Below, piece after piece: positions 30,228 through 40,727 of a stretch of 64,000 bases of DNA. Under the pieces are notes generated by a model. It had not been told where the DNA came from. It did not search any database and saw only the letters and a list, made by a program, of their open reading frames with translations. Position 1 is the stretch's first letter. Each line of letters begins with the position of its first letter. Position numbers and translations under genes: made by a program. Source of the DNA: Candidatus Marinacidobacterales bacterium (GTDB lineage: Bacteria > Acidobacteriota > Vicinamibacteria > Marinacidobacterales > SMYC01); assembly GCA_965237955.1 (NCBI GenBank), contig OZ250169.1:2208001-2272000 (forward strand), in the 5' to 3' direction.

Positions 30228-31380
30228 ACTCGTCTAAACCGCCACGGATCCAGCGCACCACGACGACCACATCGTTCTCCCAATCGATGTAGACGATGTT
30301 CGATCCGGCGCCGGTGAACCTCACCGAGCTCTCGGGGGCAGACGGAAGCGCCTGGCGTCGCTCGCCTTCGTCGTTCACGTAGGGCTCGTTCAGAGACCAG
30401 TTCATGAAGCCGTAACCTTTGTTCACGCCGGGCGTTCGCGCCATCTGGATCCACTCTTCGGAAATGATGCGTTTTTTGTCCCACTTGCCGTTGCGCAGGA
30501 ACAGATAACCGAAGCGGGCGAGATCGCGGGCGCTGATGTGCATCCCGCCACCCCAGTGGCCCCCGCCGCTCACGGACTGCACGTGCTGGCCGTCGATCAT
30601 CACCCACGAGTTCTCGTAGCCGTGCCACCGCCACGTGTTCGTCGCGCCGATGGGATCCATGACGTACTCGAGCAACACTTGAGGCAGGGGGCGGCGCCAG
30701 ACGTGCGCCGCAAGAAGTGCTAAGACGTTCACGCGGACGTCGTTGTATTTGTAGTGAGTACCCGGCTCGTACTTCGGTCGGTTGGGGTAATCTTGAGGTG
30801 ACTCGCCAACGGGACGGTCGGCCCAGTCGGGCTTACCCCACAACGTTCCTTCCCAATCGCTCGTTTGTCGCAACAAGTGATCCCAGGTGATGCTGTCGTT
30901 GTGCTCGCTTGCGAACAGCTCTTGGGTGGGATCGTAGTCGCTCGCTAGATCGTGGACGTCGGCGATGAGTCCCCGGTCCCAGGCGAGACCGACGGTCGTG
31001 GACAGGAACGTCTTGGTGACGCTGAACGTCATGTCCACCTTTTTGGTCTCACCCCATTCGGCAACGATATACCCGTTTTTCACGACGACGACATTCAGCG
31101 GCGCGCGGACCGTCGTCGGACCGATACGCTGTGAGTACGGCTCGCGACTGAATCCGCTGAGCTCGTGGTTGAGCGCCAGGTCTTTGTTCGCGGGCGATTC
31201 CCGAGTGATGGCAAAATCGATGGCCTCTTGGAGGCGTGCCTGGTTCAGGTTGAGCTCGCCCGGCGCGCGCTCCGCCCAGTTGCGACGCTCGGGGAAGTAG
31301 TGGTCCTGGTCCTGGCCCAGGGCCAAGCTCGAGACCAAGAGGGCGAACATCATAGCGACTAGCGTGTTGAACCTATGCAT
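30163..31380 (-). CDS. Secreted serine hydrolase (beta-lactamase/AmpC-like family)
   Basis: SVTK (SxxK), HLL, YND and SARDLARFG motifs; signal peptide. Confidence 0.9.
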   Translation of the reverse strand: MHRFNTLVAMMFALLVSSLALGQDQDHYFPERRNWAERAPGELNLNQARLQEAIDFAITRESPANKDLALNHELSGFSREPYSQRIGPTTVRAPLNVVVVKNGYIVAEWGETKKVDMTFSVTKTFLSTTVGLAWDRGLIADVHDLASDYDPTQELFASEHNDSITWDHLLRQTSDWEGTLWGKPDWADRPVGESPQDYPNRPKYEPGTHYKYNDVRVNVLALLAAHVWRRPLPQVLLEYVMDPIGATNTWRWHGYENSWVMIDGQHVQSVSGGGHWGGGMHISARDLARFGYLFLRNGKWDKKRIISEEWIQMARTPGVNKGYGFMNWSLNEPYVNDEGERRQALPSAPESSVRFTGAGSNIVYIDWENDVVVVVRWIRGGLDEFIGKVLSSIEAPDPTDNGALR

Positions 31381-31451
31381 GCGAATCTCCATTGCGGCCG
31401 CGATGATGTTATGCGGCTCCTCGGGATCGCGCAAATTGGTATCATCGGCCG

Positions 31452-33185
31452 ATGCGATGGTCCAAGTTCTTCATCCCCACGCTACGCGACGACCCCGCTG
31501 ACGCAGAGGCCATCTCGCACAAGCTGATGCTTCGCGCCGGGCTCGTCCGCCAGCTCGCCGCGGGGGTGTACTCGAAGCTTCCCTTGGGCGTTCGCGTGGC
31601 GCACAAGGTCGAGGCGATCGTACGTGAGGAGATGGAGCGCATCGGCGCTCAAGAGTTTCACTTGCCGGTGATCCATCCCGGTGAGTTGTGGAAGGAAAGC
31701 GGACGCTGGTACGACATCGGCGACGAGATGTTCCGGCTGAAAGACCGGCGTCAGGGAGACTACTGCCTCGGCATGACCCACGAGGAAGTGATCACCTCGA
31801 TCGCGCGCGCCGAGCTGAGGAGCTACCGACAACTGCCGCAGATTTGGTTCCAGATCCAGACGAAGTTCCGCGACGAAGCGCGACCGAAATCAGGTGTCCT
31901 CCGGGGGCGCGAGTTCGTGATGAAGGACTCGTATACCTTTGATATCGACTTCGCCGGGCTCAATGTAGCCTTCGAGCGGCACGCCGAAGCCTACCGCCGC
32001 ATCTTCGTGCGTTGCGGCGTCAGAGCATTCGCGGTCCAGGCCTCGTCGGGCGCCATGGGCGGGAGCGAGTCGGTCGAGTTCATGAGCGTCTCGGACGCGG
32101 GAGAAGATTGGACGGTGACGTGCGCGAGCTGCGACTACGCGGCCAACGCCGAGAAGGCCGCGTCGGTTGCGACGACCGTCGACGATCCTGAGGGCAACAA
32201 CGAAATCGAGAAGTTCCCGACACCAGGTATCCGCACCATCAATGCGCTCGCAGAGCTCGACGACGGCGCGTCGGCGGAGCGACAGATCAAAACCCTCCTC
32301 TATATCGTGGAGGATCAACCGACCCTGTTTCTTCTGCGAGGCGACCACGAGCTCAACGAGGTCAAGCTCGCCGCGGCGACCGGCACGACGAAGTTTCGGC
32401 CGGCAACGCCCGAGGAGTGCCAGGAAGCGCTCGGTGCTCTGCCCGGAAGCCTCGGCGCGGTGGGCGTCACCGAGCTTCCCATCTATGCGGACGACGCGCT
32501 GAGACAACGGCGCGGCATGGTCACAGGAGCAAACGAAGACGATTTTCATCTTCGTCACGTCGGCGTCGATCGTGATTTAGACAAACTCCAGCGGCTCAAG
32601 TGGACGAGTCTGCGAAACGTCTTGCCCGGCGACGCCTGCGTTGCTTGCGGCAAAGAGCTCGCCGTCAAGAGAACGATCGAGCTCGGCCACATCTTCAAGC
32701 TCGGCGTGCGGTACTCCGAGTCCATGAACTTGACTGTTCTCAATGAGCAGGGCAAAGAAGTGCCGGTGGTGATGGGCTCCTACGGCATCGGCATCGAAAG
32801 ATTGGTCGCTGCGGTGATCGAGGCGTACCACGACGACAACGGGATTGTGTGGCCGTGGGCGGTGGCGCCTTTCCATATCGTCGTGACGCCGATCTCACTG
32901 AAGAACGCAGACGTACTGAAAAAAGCCGAAAGCATCTACGAAGAGCTCGAGAAGAGCTTCGAAGTCCTTTTCGACGATCGCGACGAGCGGCCGGGCGTCA
33001 AGTTCAAAGACGCCGACCTGATCGGTGTGCCCCTGCGCGTCGTCGTCGGACCCAAAGGCCTCGACAAAGGCGTGGTCGAGCTTTTCGAGCGCGCATCGCA
33101 ACAGAAACACTACGTGCCTCTCGAAAAACTTCGAGACGAAGTGATGCGACGCGCCGAAGGACTCGCAAAGGCCTTGCCCCGTTGA
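31452..33185 (+). CDS. proS: Proline--tRNA ligase (with INS editing domain)
   Basis: THEE, KFRDEARP, REFVMKDSY, GHIFKLG, MGSYGIG and GVKFKDADLIG motifs. Confidence 0.98.
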   Translation: MRWSKFFIPTLRDDPADAEAISHKLMLRAGLVRQLAAGVYSKLPLGVRVAHKVEAIVREEMERIGAQEFHLPVIHPGELWKESGRWYDIGDEMFRLKDRRQGDYCLGMTHEEVITSIARAELRSYRQLPQIWFQIQTKFRDEARPKSGVLRGREFVMKDSYTFDIDFAGLNVAFERHAEAYRRIFVRCGVRAFAVQASSGAMGGSESVEFMSVSDAGEDWTVTCASCDYAANAEKAASVATTVDDPEGNNEIEKFPTPGIRTINALAELDDGASAERQIKTLLYIVEDQPTLFLLRGDHELNEVKLAAATGTTKFRPATPEECQEALGALPGSLGAVGVTELPIYADDALRQRRGMVTGANEDDFHLRHVGVDRDLDKLQRLKWTSLRNVLPGDACVACGKELAVKRTIELGHIFKLGVRYSESMNLTVLNEQGKEVPVVMGSYGIGIERLVAAVIEAYHDDNGIVWPWAVAPFHIVVTPISLKNADVLKKAESIYEELEKSFEVLFDDRDERPGVKFKDADLIGVPLRVVVGPKGLDKGVVELFERASQQKHYVPLEKLRDEVMRRAEGLAKALPR

Positions 33186-33210
33186 GCCCGTTGATCATGA
33201 TGAGCGCGAA

Positions 33211-34260
33211 GTGTCTCTAGAAGACTACGGCTGGTCGGATTTCTTCTCGACTTCGCTGCCGCCCGAGCTCGAGGCAGCTCGCGTGGTCCTGGTCAGCGGA
33301 GACTCTCTTCGACTCGTCGGTCGCGACAGGGAGCTCGTGGCAAGTGTTGCCGGCCGACTCAAACACGAGGCCTCGTCCGCGACCGAGCTTCCCGCCATCG
33401 GCGATTGGGTCGGGTTCCGGGAAAACCGCATCGAGATAGTTTTGCCCCGGCGGACACACCTGTCTCGCAAAGTCGCGGGCCGCCGCGCCGAAGAGCAGAT
33501 CGTCGCTACCAACATCGACACCGTGGTCGTGGTGATGGGGCTCGACGGCGACTTCAGCCCGAGACGCCTCGAGCGCTACCTGACAACGGTTGGGGAGAGC
33601 GGGGCGACACCCGTCGTGCTCCTCAACAAAGCGGACGTCACCGAATCACTCAAGGCGCAGCAGCGCGAGGTCGATACCGTTGCAATAGGCGTGCCTGTCA
33701 TCGTGTCGAGTTTGGTGGATGGACGATATGCAAAGGGCATCGACGAGGTGCGCGCTCACCTCCGCCACCGCGAGACCGCCGTACTCGTAGGCTCGTCGGG
33801 CGTCGGCAAGTCGACGCTCATCAACCGACTCCTCGGCGACGACGTTCAAAGAACGCGCGAGGTCCGAGCGTCGGACGAGCGCGGTCAGCACACCACGACG
33901 CACCGGGAGCTCTTCGTGTTGCCCGGAGGGGCGCTTCTCATCGACAACCCCGGAATCCGGGAGATCCAGCTGTGGGCGGACGAACGCGCGCTCGAGCAGA
34001 GCTTCGACGACGTTCGGCAGCTAGCCGAGGAGTGCCGCTACCGCGACTGCGCTCACGGTGAGGAACCCGATTGCGCGGTGAGCGGTGCGGTCGCCTCGGG
34101 CGAGCTTCCCGCGGAACGGCTCGAGAGCTTCCGAGATCTTCAGAAAGAGCTCCGCTCTCTCCACGTGCGTCAGGACGAGTCCGCGCAGCGGGTCGAAAAG
34201 AAGAAGTGGCGCGCTATCCACCGCGAGATGCGGAAATCGGGCCGTCACCGCCCTACCTAG
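33211..34260 (+). CDS. rsgA: Ribosome small subunit-dependent GTPase A
   Basis: Circularly permuted NKAD, GSSGVGKS, HTTT and DNPG motifs, plus the CRYRDCAH...C zinc site. Confidence 0.95.
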   Translation: MSLEDYGWSDFFSTSLPPELEAARVVLVSGDSLRLVGRDRELVASVAGRLKHEASSATELPAIGDWVGFRENRIEIVLPRRTHLSRKVAGRRAEEQIVATNIDTVVVVMGLDGDFSPRRLERYLTTVGESGATPVVLLNKADVTESLKAQQREVDTVAIGVPVIVSSLVDGRYAKGIDEVRAHLRHRETAVLVGSSGVGKSTLINRLLGDDVQRTREVRASDERGQHTTTHRELFVLPGGALLIDNPGIREIQLWADERALEQSFDDVRQLAEECRYRDCAHGEEPDCAVSGAVASGELPAERLESFRDLQKELRSLHVRQDESAQRVEKKKWRAIHREMRKSGRHRPT

Positions 34261-34266
34261 TTTTTA

Positions 34267-34331
34267 TTGAACTCGTTCAAAAATCGCTTGACAGATACCC
34301 GCGGTTTCTGCATAATTTGAACATGTTCAAA
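34267..34331 (+). promoter_or_regulatory. Sigma70 promoter flanked by two TetR-type operators
   Basis: TTGACA (34288) - 17 bp - CATAAT (34311). Palindromes TTGAACTCGTTCAA (34267-34280) and TTTGAACATGTTCAAA (34316-34331). Confidence 0.8.
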
Positions 34332-34360
34332 ATACATCAACCCACCGCAGGAGGTCACTC

Positions 34361-34735
34361 ATGGTCGTCGGAACCTACATCTTGTATCTCGTCGTCAGCG
34401 TCGCGCTTACGATTTGGGTCGGGCGTACGCTGTTCGTGAACGGCCGCGTTTTCCTCATCGACGTGTTCGCCGGCAACGAACCGCTCGCCGACTCGGTCAA
34501 CCAATTGCTCGTCGTCGGCTTCTACCTCGTCAACCTCGGTTTCGTGTCGCTAGCGCTGAAGCTCGGCTACGACGTGACCACGGTCCAACACAGTATCGAG
34601 GCTCTTTCGAGAAAGCTCGGTTTCGTGCTGCTCGTCCTCGGTGGGATGCACCTGTTCAACGTGTACCTGTTCACCAAGATCCAGAAGCGTCCCGAGCCTG
34701 AGCTTGAAAAAGAGCCTGTGGGGAACCGCGTGTGA
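34361..34735 (+). CDS. Small three-TM integral membrane protein
   Basis: Three hydrophobic segments, RBS AGGAGG, and GTGA overlap with the TetR gene. Confidence 0.75.
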   Translation: MVVGTYILYLVVSVALTIWVGRTLFVNGRVFLIDVFAGNEPLADSVNQLLVVGFYLVNLGFVSLALKLGYDVTTVQHSIEALSRKLGFVLLVLGGMHLFNVYLFTKIQKRPEPELEKEPVGNRV

Positions 34736-35397
34736 TCACGAAGACGAAGAAAGCCGGCAAGACGCGGGCGCTCATCGTCGACACCGCTATGCGCCTTTTC
34801 CGCGAGCGCGGCTATGAAGAGACCACCATGCGCGCGATCGCGGAAGAGGCGGGCGTCTCCCTCGGTAATGCTTACTACTACTTCCCCGGGAAAGAGAGTC
34901 TCATCCAGGCTTTCTATGGCCGGACGCACGAAGAACACCTGGTGGCGACCGAGCCCATCCTCGAACGCGAACGGGACCTCAAGGCGAGATTGAAAGGTGT
35001 GATGCGAGCGAAGATCGACACCATCATGCCGTACCACCGTTTCGCAGGCGTGCTCTTCCGAACGGCCGCGGACCCGGAAAGCCCGCTCAACCCGTTCAGT
35101 CCCGAGTCCCTGCCGGTCCGCGAACAAGCGACGTTGCTGTTCGAACAGGTCGTCGCCGGCTCCACGGCGAAGGTTCCCGGAAGCCTCGCCGCGGAGCTTC
35201 CCGCGCTCTTGTGGCTCTACCACATGGGTGTGATTCTTTTCTGGGTCCACGATCGCTCGAGCGGCTGCGAGAGAACCTACCGTCTCGCCGATGCGACCGT
35301 CGATCTCGTGGTTCGAGTCATCACGCTTCGAAGTAACGCGTTGTTCCGACCGCTCCTGCGCTCGGGACTCAAAGTGCTGCAAGAAGCGAAGGTTTAA
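34732..35397 (+). CDS. TetR-family transcriptional regulator
   Basis: HTH GYEETTMRAIAEEAGVSLGNAYYYFPGKE. Confidence 0.93.
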   Translation: MITKTKKAGKTRALIVDTAMRLFRERGYEETTMRAIAEEAGVSLGNAYYYFPGKESLIQAFYGRTHEEHLVATEPILERERDLKARLKGVMRAKIDTIMPYHRFAGVLFRTAADPESPLNPFSPESLPVREQATLLFEQVVAGSTAKVPGSLAAELPALLWLYHMGVILFWVHDRSSGCERTYRLADATVDLVVRVITLRSNALFRPLLRSGLKVLQEAKV

Positions 35398-35429
35398 CTT
35401 TTGCTGCCGCCGGACCACCACCTGCTCGG

Positions 35430-35900
35430 GCGATCACGACGACGTTGTCGAGGCCTTCGGGCAGCTCGTTGGGTTTTTCCTCCTTCGTATCGGCGCTGTA
35501 TTTGTGCGTGTAGACCCAGCGCTCGTCGAAGGCGGTGATGCCAACGAGGTCCGCGCCGAACGCTTTGGCGACACGTTTGATCTCCACCGTCATGGCCTCA
35601 GCGGAAGGCACTTCGCGCTTTTGTCCGGCGGCACCTCTGAGGACCTGAACTCATCGAGGAAGCCTTCGCGGCGGTCTCGGTGTTCGCACCGCTCGGCGAA
35701 AACGTCGCTCGCGTACCACGACGCGTTCCGCACCGAGTAGACGTGTTGAGTGAAGCCGTCGACCTCGCGAAAGTGTTTGAGCGGCTTTCGATACGTCTCG
35801 TAGAAAATCTGAGATTTGCGGGAATGGACTTCCGGGTCCCAAAACGAGCGGCAATAGATGTCGTCGCGCTGTCGGCGAGAACAAGGCGGTGTTTAAGGAG
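35430..35900 (-). pseudogene. Reductive dehalogenase (RdhA-like) N-terminal relic
   Basis: QRDDIYCRSFWD...GFTQ...RNASW, then after a frameshift IKRVAKAFGADLVGITAFDERWVY...LDNVVVIA. The Fe-S/cobalamin C-terminal half is absent. Confidence 0.65.
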
Positions 35901-36013
35901 ATCTACTCTCTCGTCGGTGATGGTGATCAGATGGCATTGATCTTCAATCTCGAGAGCAAGTTGTCGGACGTACCCATTCAGTTTCGCGTCGTTTACGATC
36001 GCGTCAAGGACGA

Positions 36014-36361
36014 CTAGGAGCCAGATCGAAACGCGTTGCGAGCGCCGTCGACGTTCGGGTAGATCTGGAACACGCGCTCGAGTCCGACGAGCTCGATGAG
36101 ACGAGCCACTCGGCTTTCGAGCGCGGCCAGCTTCACGTCACCACCCCGCTCGGCCAGCTTCTTGTGAAGGCGTACCAGCACTGCGATGCCGTAGCTCGAG
36201 ATGAAACCGAGGCGAGAGCAATCGACGATGAGCTTGCGCGCCCCGGCGTCGACGAGCTTCCCGAGCTCGGAGACGAGCTCCTCGGCGTTCGTGGAATCGA
36301 TCCCGCCATCTGCCGAGAGAATCACAACGTCTCGGTCGGTGCCGTGATAGTACAGCTCCAT
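36014..36361 (-). CDS. STAS-domain anti-sigma-factor antagonist
   Basis: LIVDCSRLGFISSYGIAVL, GGDVKL and GLERVFQIY motifs. Confidence 0.88.
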   Translation of the reverse strand: MELYYHGTDRDVVILSADGGIDSTNAEELVSELGKLVDAGARKLIVDCSRLGFISSYGIAVLVRLHKKLAERGGDVKLAALESRVARLIELVGLERVFQIYPNVDGARNAFRSGS

Positions 36362-36363
36362 TG

Positions 36364-36780
36364 TTAGCGCACCCGTTCGCGTTGCATCACCACTTTCGGG
36401 TAAATGCCGAAATGGAACGTGATGCCTTCACCCGGCGCGCCCCAAGCCACGTCCATACGGATCTCATCCACGAAAGGTATCAAAACCCGCAAGCCGACCC
36501 CGTAGCCGCCGATGAACTGATTCACGGCAAAGTCGTTCGACTCGTTCCATGTGTGACCGAAGTCTCCGAACGCCGCGAGCTGGAGACCGATATACGCGGT
36601 AAAGAACGACAAGCTGAACGGGCGCGGCTCCATCAGTAGAAAGCGATACTCGACGGTATTGATGAACTGATTCTTCCCCTCGGTGATGAGCTTGCCTTCC
36701 AGGTCCTCGGAAAACGCGGACGACGCAACGAGGACCGCAGCGACTACGATCCCCGCAAATCTCCGTTTGTCTCCGAACAT
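36364..36780 (-). pseudogene. BamA/TamA (Omp85)-family relic: signal peptide fused to the last barrel strands
   Basis: After the signal peptide the protein jumps to GKNQFINTVEYRF...FGDFG...GYGVGLR...IRMDVAWG. It is only 138 aa long. Confidence 0.65.
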
Positions 36781-36869
36781 TCCCCTCCCGCCACGCGGCG
36801 ATCAGTATACTGTACGCGACGATCGAAGGCGTTTGCTCTCGGGCGATCGTGTCGCTATAAAGGTTGGCG

Positions 36870-38182
36870 ATGCCAGCCGGACGCTCGGGGCAAATCTCCC
36901 TCTTTCCCATCCTTCTCGTCAACTTCATCGGAACGCTCGGCTTCAGCATCGTCCTGCCGTTTCTGGTGACGCTCGTCGATCGCTTCGGGGGCAATGCCCT
37001 CGTCTACGGAGTCATGGGCGCAACCTATTCGGCGTTCCAGCTCGTCGGCGCACCGGTCCTTGGCCGGTGGTCGGATACTTACGGAAGGAGGAAAGTCCTT
37101 CTCCTAAGCCAGCTAGGAACACTCGCGTCCTGGATCGTGTTTCTGAGTGCTCTTTTCCTACCAGTGACGCCCATCGTCGACGTCGATTCGACGGTCTTGG
37201 GTGCGTTCGCTCTCACGCTCCCCCTCGTTGTTTTGTTCTTCGCGCGCGCACTCGACGGTCTCACTGGAGGCAATGTGTCTGTTGCGAACGCGTATCTCGC
37301 CGACGTCACCGAAGAGAGCGACCGGAAGATGAACTTCGGGAAGATGGCGGTGGTGGGAAACCTCGGCTTCATTCTCGGCCCCGCGCTCGCCGGGCTTTTC
37401 GGCGCGACGCGGTATGGCCAGATCGTTCCCGTCGCGATCGCGCTTGTGATCTCGGTCGTTGCATCCGCCGTCATCGCGTTCTACCTGCCCGAATCGCGCC
37501 CCCGCGTTCTCGAAGCGCCGCCGGAAGGCACGGCGCTCCGTAAAGTGTTTGGGCAGGAGCTGAAGGATTGCTACGAGATCGATGGAGGCGGGAAGGTCGG
37601 GTTCAAGCGAGTGCTCGCGATCCCGCATGTTCCTTTTCTGCTTTTCCTCTACTTCGTGATCTTTCTCGGCTTCAACCTCTTCTATACGGCGTTTCCCGTT
37701 CACGCGGTCCGAGGTCTCGAGTGGTCTATTACCGACATCGGCCTGTTCTACTCGTTCCTCGGCTTGACCACGGTGCTCGTTCAGGGACCGCTCCTGTCGA
37801 AGCTGGGACCGAAGATCTCCGATCGGACGTTGACCGTGATCGGAGCGGCGATCCTCGGTACGGGTTTTCTGTTCTTCACGAGCCCGTCTGGCCCCGTCCT
37901 CTACGCCGGGGCCGCCTTGTTCTCGTTGGGAAACGGCCTGATGTGGCCATCGTTCATGGGCTTTTGGCCAACGCCGCCGGTGAGAGATTTCAGGGCGCCG
38001 TGCAAGGCATCGGGAGCAGCGTTGGCAGTCTGGCGAGCATCGTCGGGCTCATCGTTGGCGGTGTTCTCTATGAGACGCTCGGGCGCGGAACCTTCGTCGG
38101 CTCGTCGGTGCTGATCTACGTCGTCGCCGGCGTCTGCATCGCGTTCGCCTACAGGGCTTCTCGCAACGCGCGCAGCACGTAG
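36870..38182 (+). pseudogene. MFS transporter (TetA/DHA1-like) with a frameshift near 37960
   Basis: Motif A GRWSDTYGRRKVLL and ARALDGLTGGN are present. The last two TMs (QGAVQG...IVGLIVGGVLY) are in another frame. Confidence 0.82.
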
Positions 38183-38556
38183 AGCGTCGTCTCGAGGTCT
38201 TCAGGCTCCATATCCTGCTCCACGTCGGGTGCGCGGCGAGCTGCTTCCCGTTGCAGTGCCGCAAGTGTCGCCGCACCTTGCTCGGTCAACTGCAGCAGCG
38301 GCGAGCGTCGGTGGTGCGGGTTGCGTTCGTACGTCGCCAACCCACTCTCGACGAGGCCGTCGGCTACTCTTTGCACGCCCTGACGGCTCTGCGCGAGCCC
38401 TCTCGCGAGTTGGGGGACGGTACCGCCACCGCCTGAGGCCGCCACGAGCAGTTGCCAGCACGCCCTCGACTGTCCGGAGCTTCGCGCCGTCTCCGTTTGA
38501 TGCTCGCGCTGGCGCGCGCCCAGAAGCCGGATTTCCTCGAGAACCAGATCGATCAT
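38149..38556 (-). CDS. MarR-family transcriptional regulator
   Basis: TVPQLARGLAQSRQGVQRVADGL and NPHHRRSPLLQLT winged HTH. Confidence 0.88.
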   Translation of the reverse strand: MIDLVLEEIRLLGARQREHQTETARSSGQSRACWQLLVAASGGGGTVPQLARGLAQSRQGVQRVADGLVESGLATYERNPHHRRSPLLQLTEQGAATLAALQREAARRAPDVEQDMEPEDLETTLYVLRALREAL

Positions 38557-38557
38557 C

Positions 38558-38590
38558 GACAATATATTGTCATATTGATTATATATTGTC
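38558..38590. promoter_or_regulatory. Tandem palindromic operators upstream of marR
   Basis: GACAATATATTGTC (perfect palindrome, 38558-38571) and GATTATATATTGTC (38577-38590). Confidence 0.7.
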
Positions 38591-38744
38591 AAACTACGTC
38601 AAAAACGACGACGCAGACACAGAGATTCCAATGTTTTGTTTGATTTGGAGACCCGGCTTAGCTTCTACGCTAACGCCTTCAGCGAGGTTCCAGCTCGTTG
38701 AACTGCCCACGGCTCGTGTTCGAGCTGGACGAGACCCTTGACCT

Positions 38745-38975
38745 CGCGGTTCATCTCCTCACGACCAAATCGCTTCTGATGTATGCAGACGGTCGCAGTG
38801 GCGCCCGATCCCGCACGCGGTGAACAAGGCGACCGGCGAAGATTACGGACGCATCGACTTGCCCGCGCAAGTCAACACCGCGCCGATGACCTACATGCAC
38901 GAAGGACGGCGATACATCGTGTTGTCGGTCGGCGGACCGGACTTTCCCGCCGAGCACGTCGCTCTAGCCCCCTGG
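38745..38975 (+). pseudogene. C-terminal relic of a PQQ-dependent dehydrogenase
   Basis: LTTKSLL...NKATGE...APMTYMHEGRRYIVLSVGG. No 5' portion is present. Confidence 0.65.
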
Positions 38976-39114
38976 ATCTTTGATTACTATACAAAGTTAG
39001 GCTTTTCGCCAGCCCATAAGATTCATAAGATTCATGCACTTAGAATGGTTTCGGCAAGCTCTGCTTTATCTAGTTTGTTCTGATACAGTGGACTAGCACT
39101 GCCTGAAGAGTAGC

Positions 39115-40657
39115 TCAGCGCAACCAAGCTTCGGGGAACTCGGCCGCTTTCGAGCGGCCGCCATGGCGGAGGACGGCGTCGCCGTGCTTCTTCTCGGTAT
39201 ACGGGACCACGTGCGCGCACGCTTGGTTCTCGAGAAGCTCGTACAATCTATGCCGCAAGGACGCCTTGAGATCGGCCAGCTCTGGGTCATCGATCAAGTT
39301 CGTCATTTCACGAGGATCGTTCACCATGTCGTAGAGCTCTTCCGTGTCCCAAACGCCGTGATACTGAATGAGCTTGTAATCCGGCGTACGGATCGCGAAC
39401 GTCGGCGGCGTGTGCGGGAAATCGTATTCCCAGTAGTACTCGTAGAGAAACTCCTCGCGCCCGGTCCCCGTCATCATTTCCCCGGCTGTCGCATTCCCAA
39501 GGGACAGCAAGCTGACACCTTCGAACTGTTCGGGCATGTTCTCGATGCCGGCGAGCTCCAACACCGTCGGTGCGATATCGAGATTGGCCGCCAGCGCTTC
39601 GACGACAGTCCCAGAAGGAAACAAACCGGGGCCGTACGCTAGAAACGGGACCCGCATCGATTCCTCGTACGCGTTGCGCTTGTCGATCAACCCGTGTTCG
39701 CCAAACAGGAACCCGTTGTCTCCCATGAACAGGATCGCCGTCGTCTCCGTCAGCCCGTTCTCCTCCAAAAACACGAGAATACGGCCGAGGCTGTCATCCA
39801 CCGACGTCAGCGTTTGGTAGTAGCGACGCAAGTACTCGCGCACGTCGAGGTCGCTGTGGTAAGGAAAATCAACGCCGTGCCAGCTGTTTCTCTGGTTCTG
39901 TACCCACATGGGTTTTCCCGCGTAGTTTTCTGCGGTGTTCGCGGCACTCGCGGGAAGCTCGATGGCGGCGTCGGCGTAGAGACCGCGATACTCCTCGGCA
40001 GGATAGAAATCCGCGTGCACCGCTTTATGGGAGAGATAGAGAAAAAACGGTTTGCCGTCATCGCGCTCCTCTCGAAGCCAGCTCAGTGCGTAGTCGGTGA
40101 GCTCGTCGGTGATATAGCCTTTCTGAGGGACGTGTTCGCCGTCGACGTTCAAAACGCTTTCCCTGTTCGGATTGTCACCAGGGTAGTAGTCACCCTGCCC
40201 TTGAAAAACTCACCCAGTGGTCGAAGCCGCGCTGCGGGTCGTCGGTTGCCCCGCCCATGTGCCACTTGCCGATGAACGTGGTCTCGTACCCCGCTTCTTG
40301 AAGATACTCGGGGAAGAACGTCAACCCCTCAGTGCTCGCCTCGTTGTTGTCGACGACGCCGTGGTTGTGCATGTACTGACCGGTCAGGATGGTCGCGCGG
40401 CTCGGTGAGCACAGAGCGGTCGTCACGAAAGCGTTTCTGAAGTAGACACCCTCTTCGGCGAGACGATCCATGTTCGGCGTTTCGAGAAGCGGATTGAGAA
40501 ACCCCATGGCGTCGTAGCGCTGATCATCGACGAGGATGAAGATCACGTTACGCTGCTCGCCGCTCGTAGTCGCGGAAGGCTGATTCGCGGTGGCACATCC
40601 GATGATCCATGCGATCGCCGCGGTGCCGCACCAAAGCTTCGACTTCGCTTTTCTCAT
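39115..40657 (-). pseudogene. Sulfatase (S1 family) with a 1-nt frameshift near 40205
   Basis: DDQRYD, CSPSRATILTG (FGly motif), GKWH and GDNG...GEHGLIDKR motifs. Removing one T from a T5 run restores SFQGQGDYY. Confidence 0.88.
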
Positions 40658-40727
40658 AGCGCTCTCTATAATCGTAGTGCGCGTTGGAAGCAACCGGCTT
40701 ACCGGCTCCACCACGAACGAGGACGTC

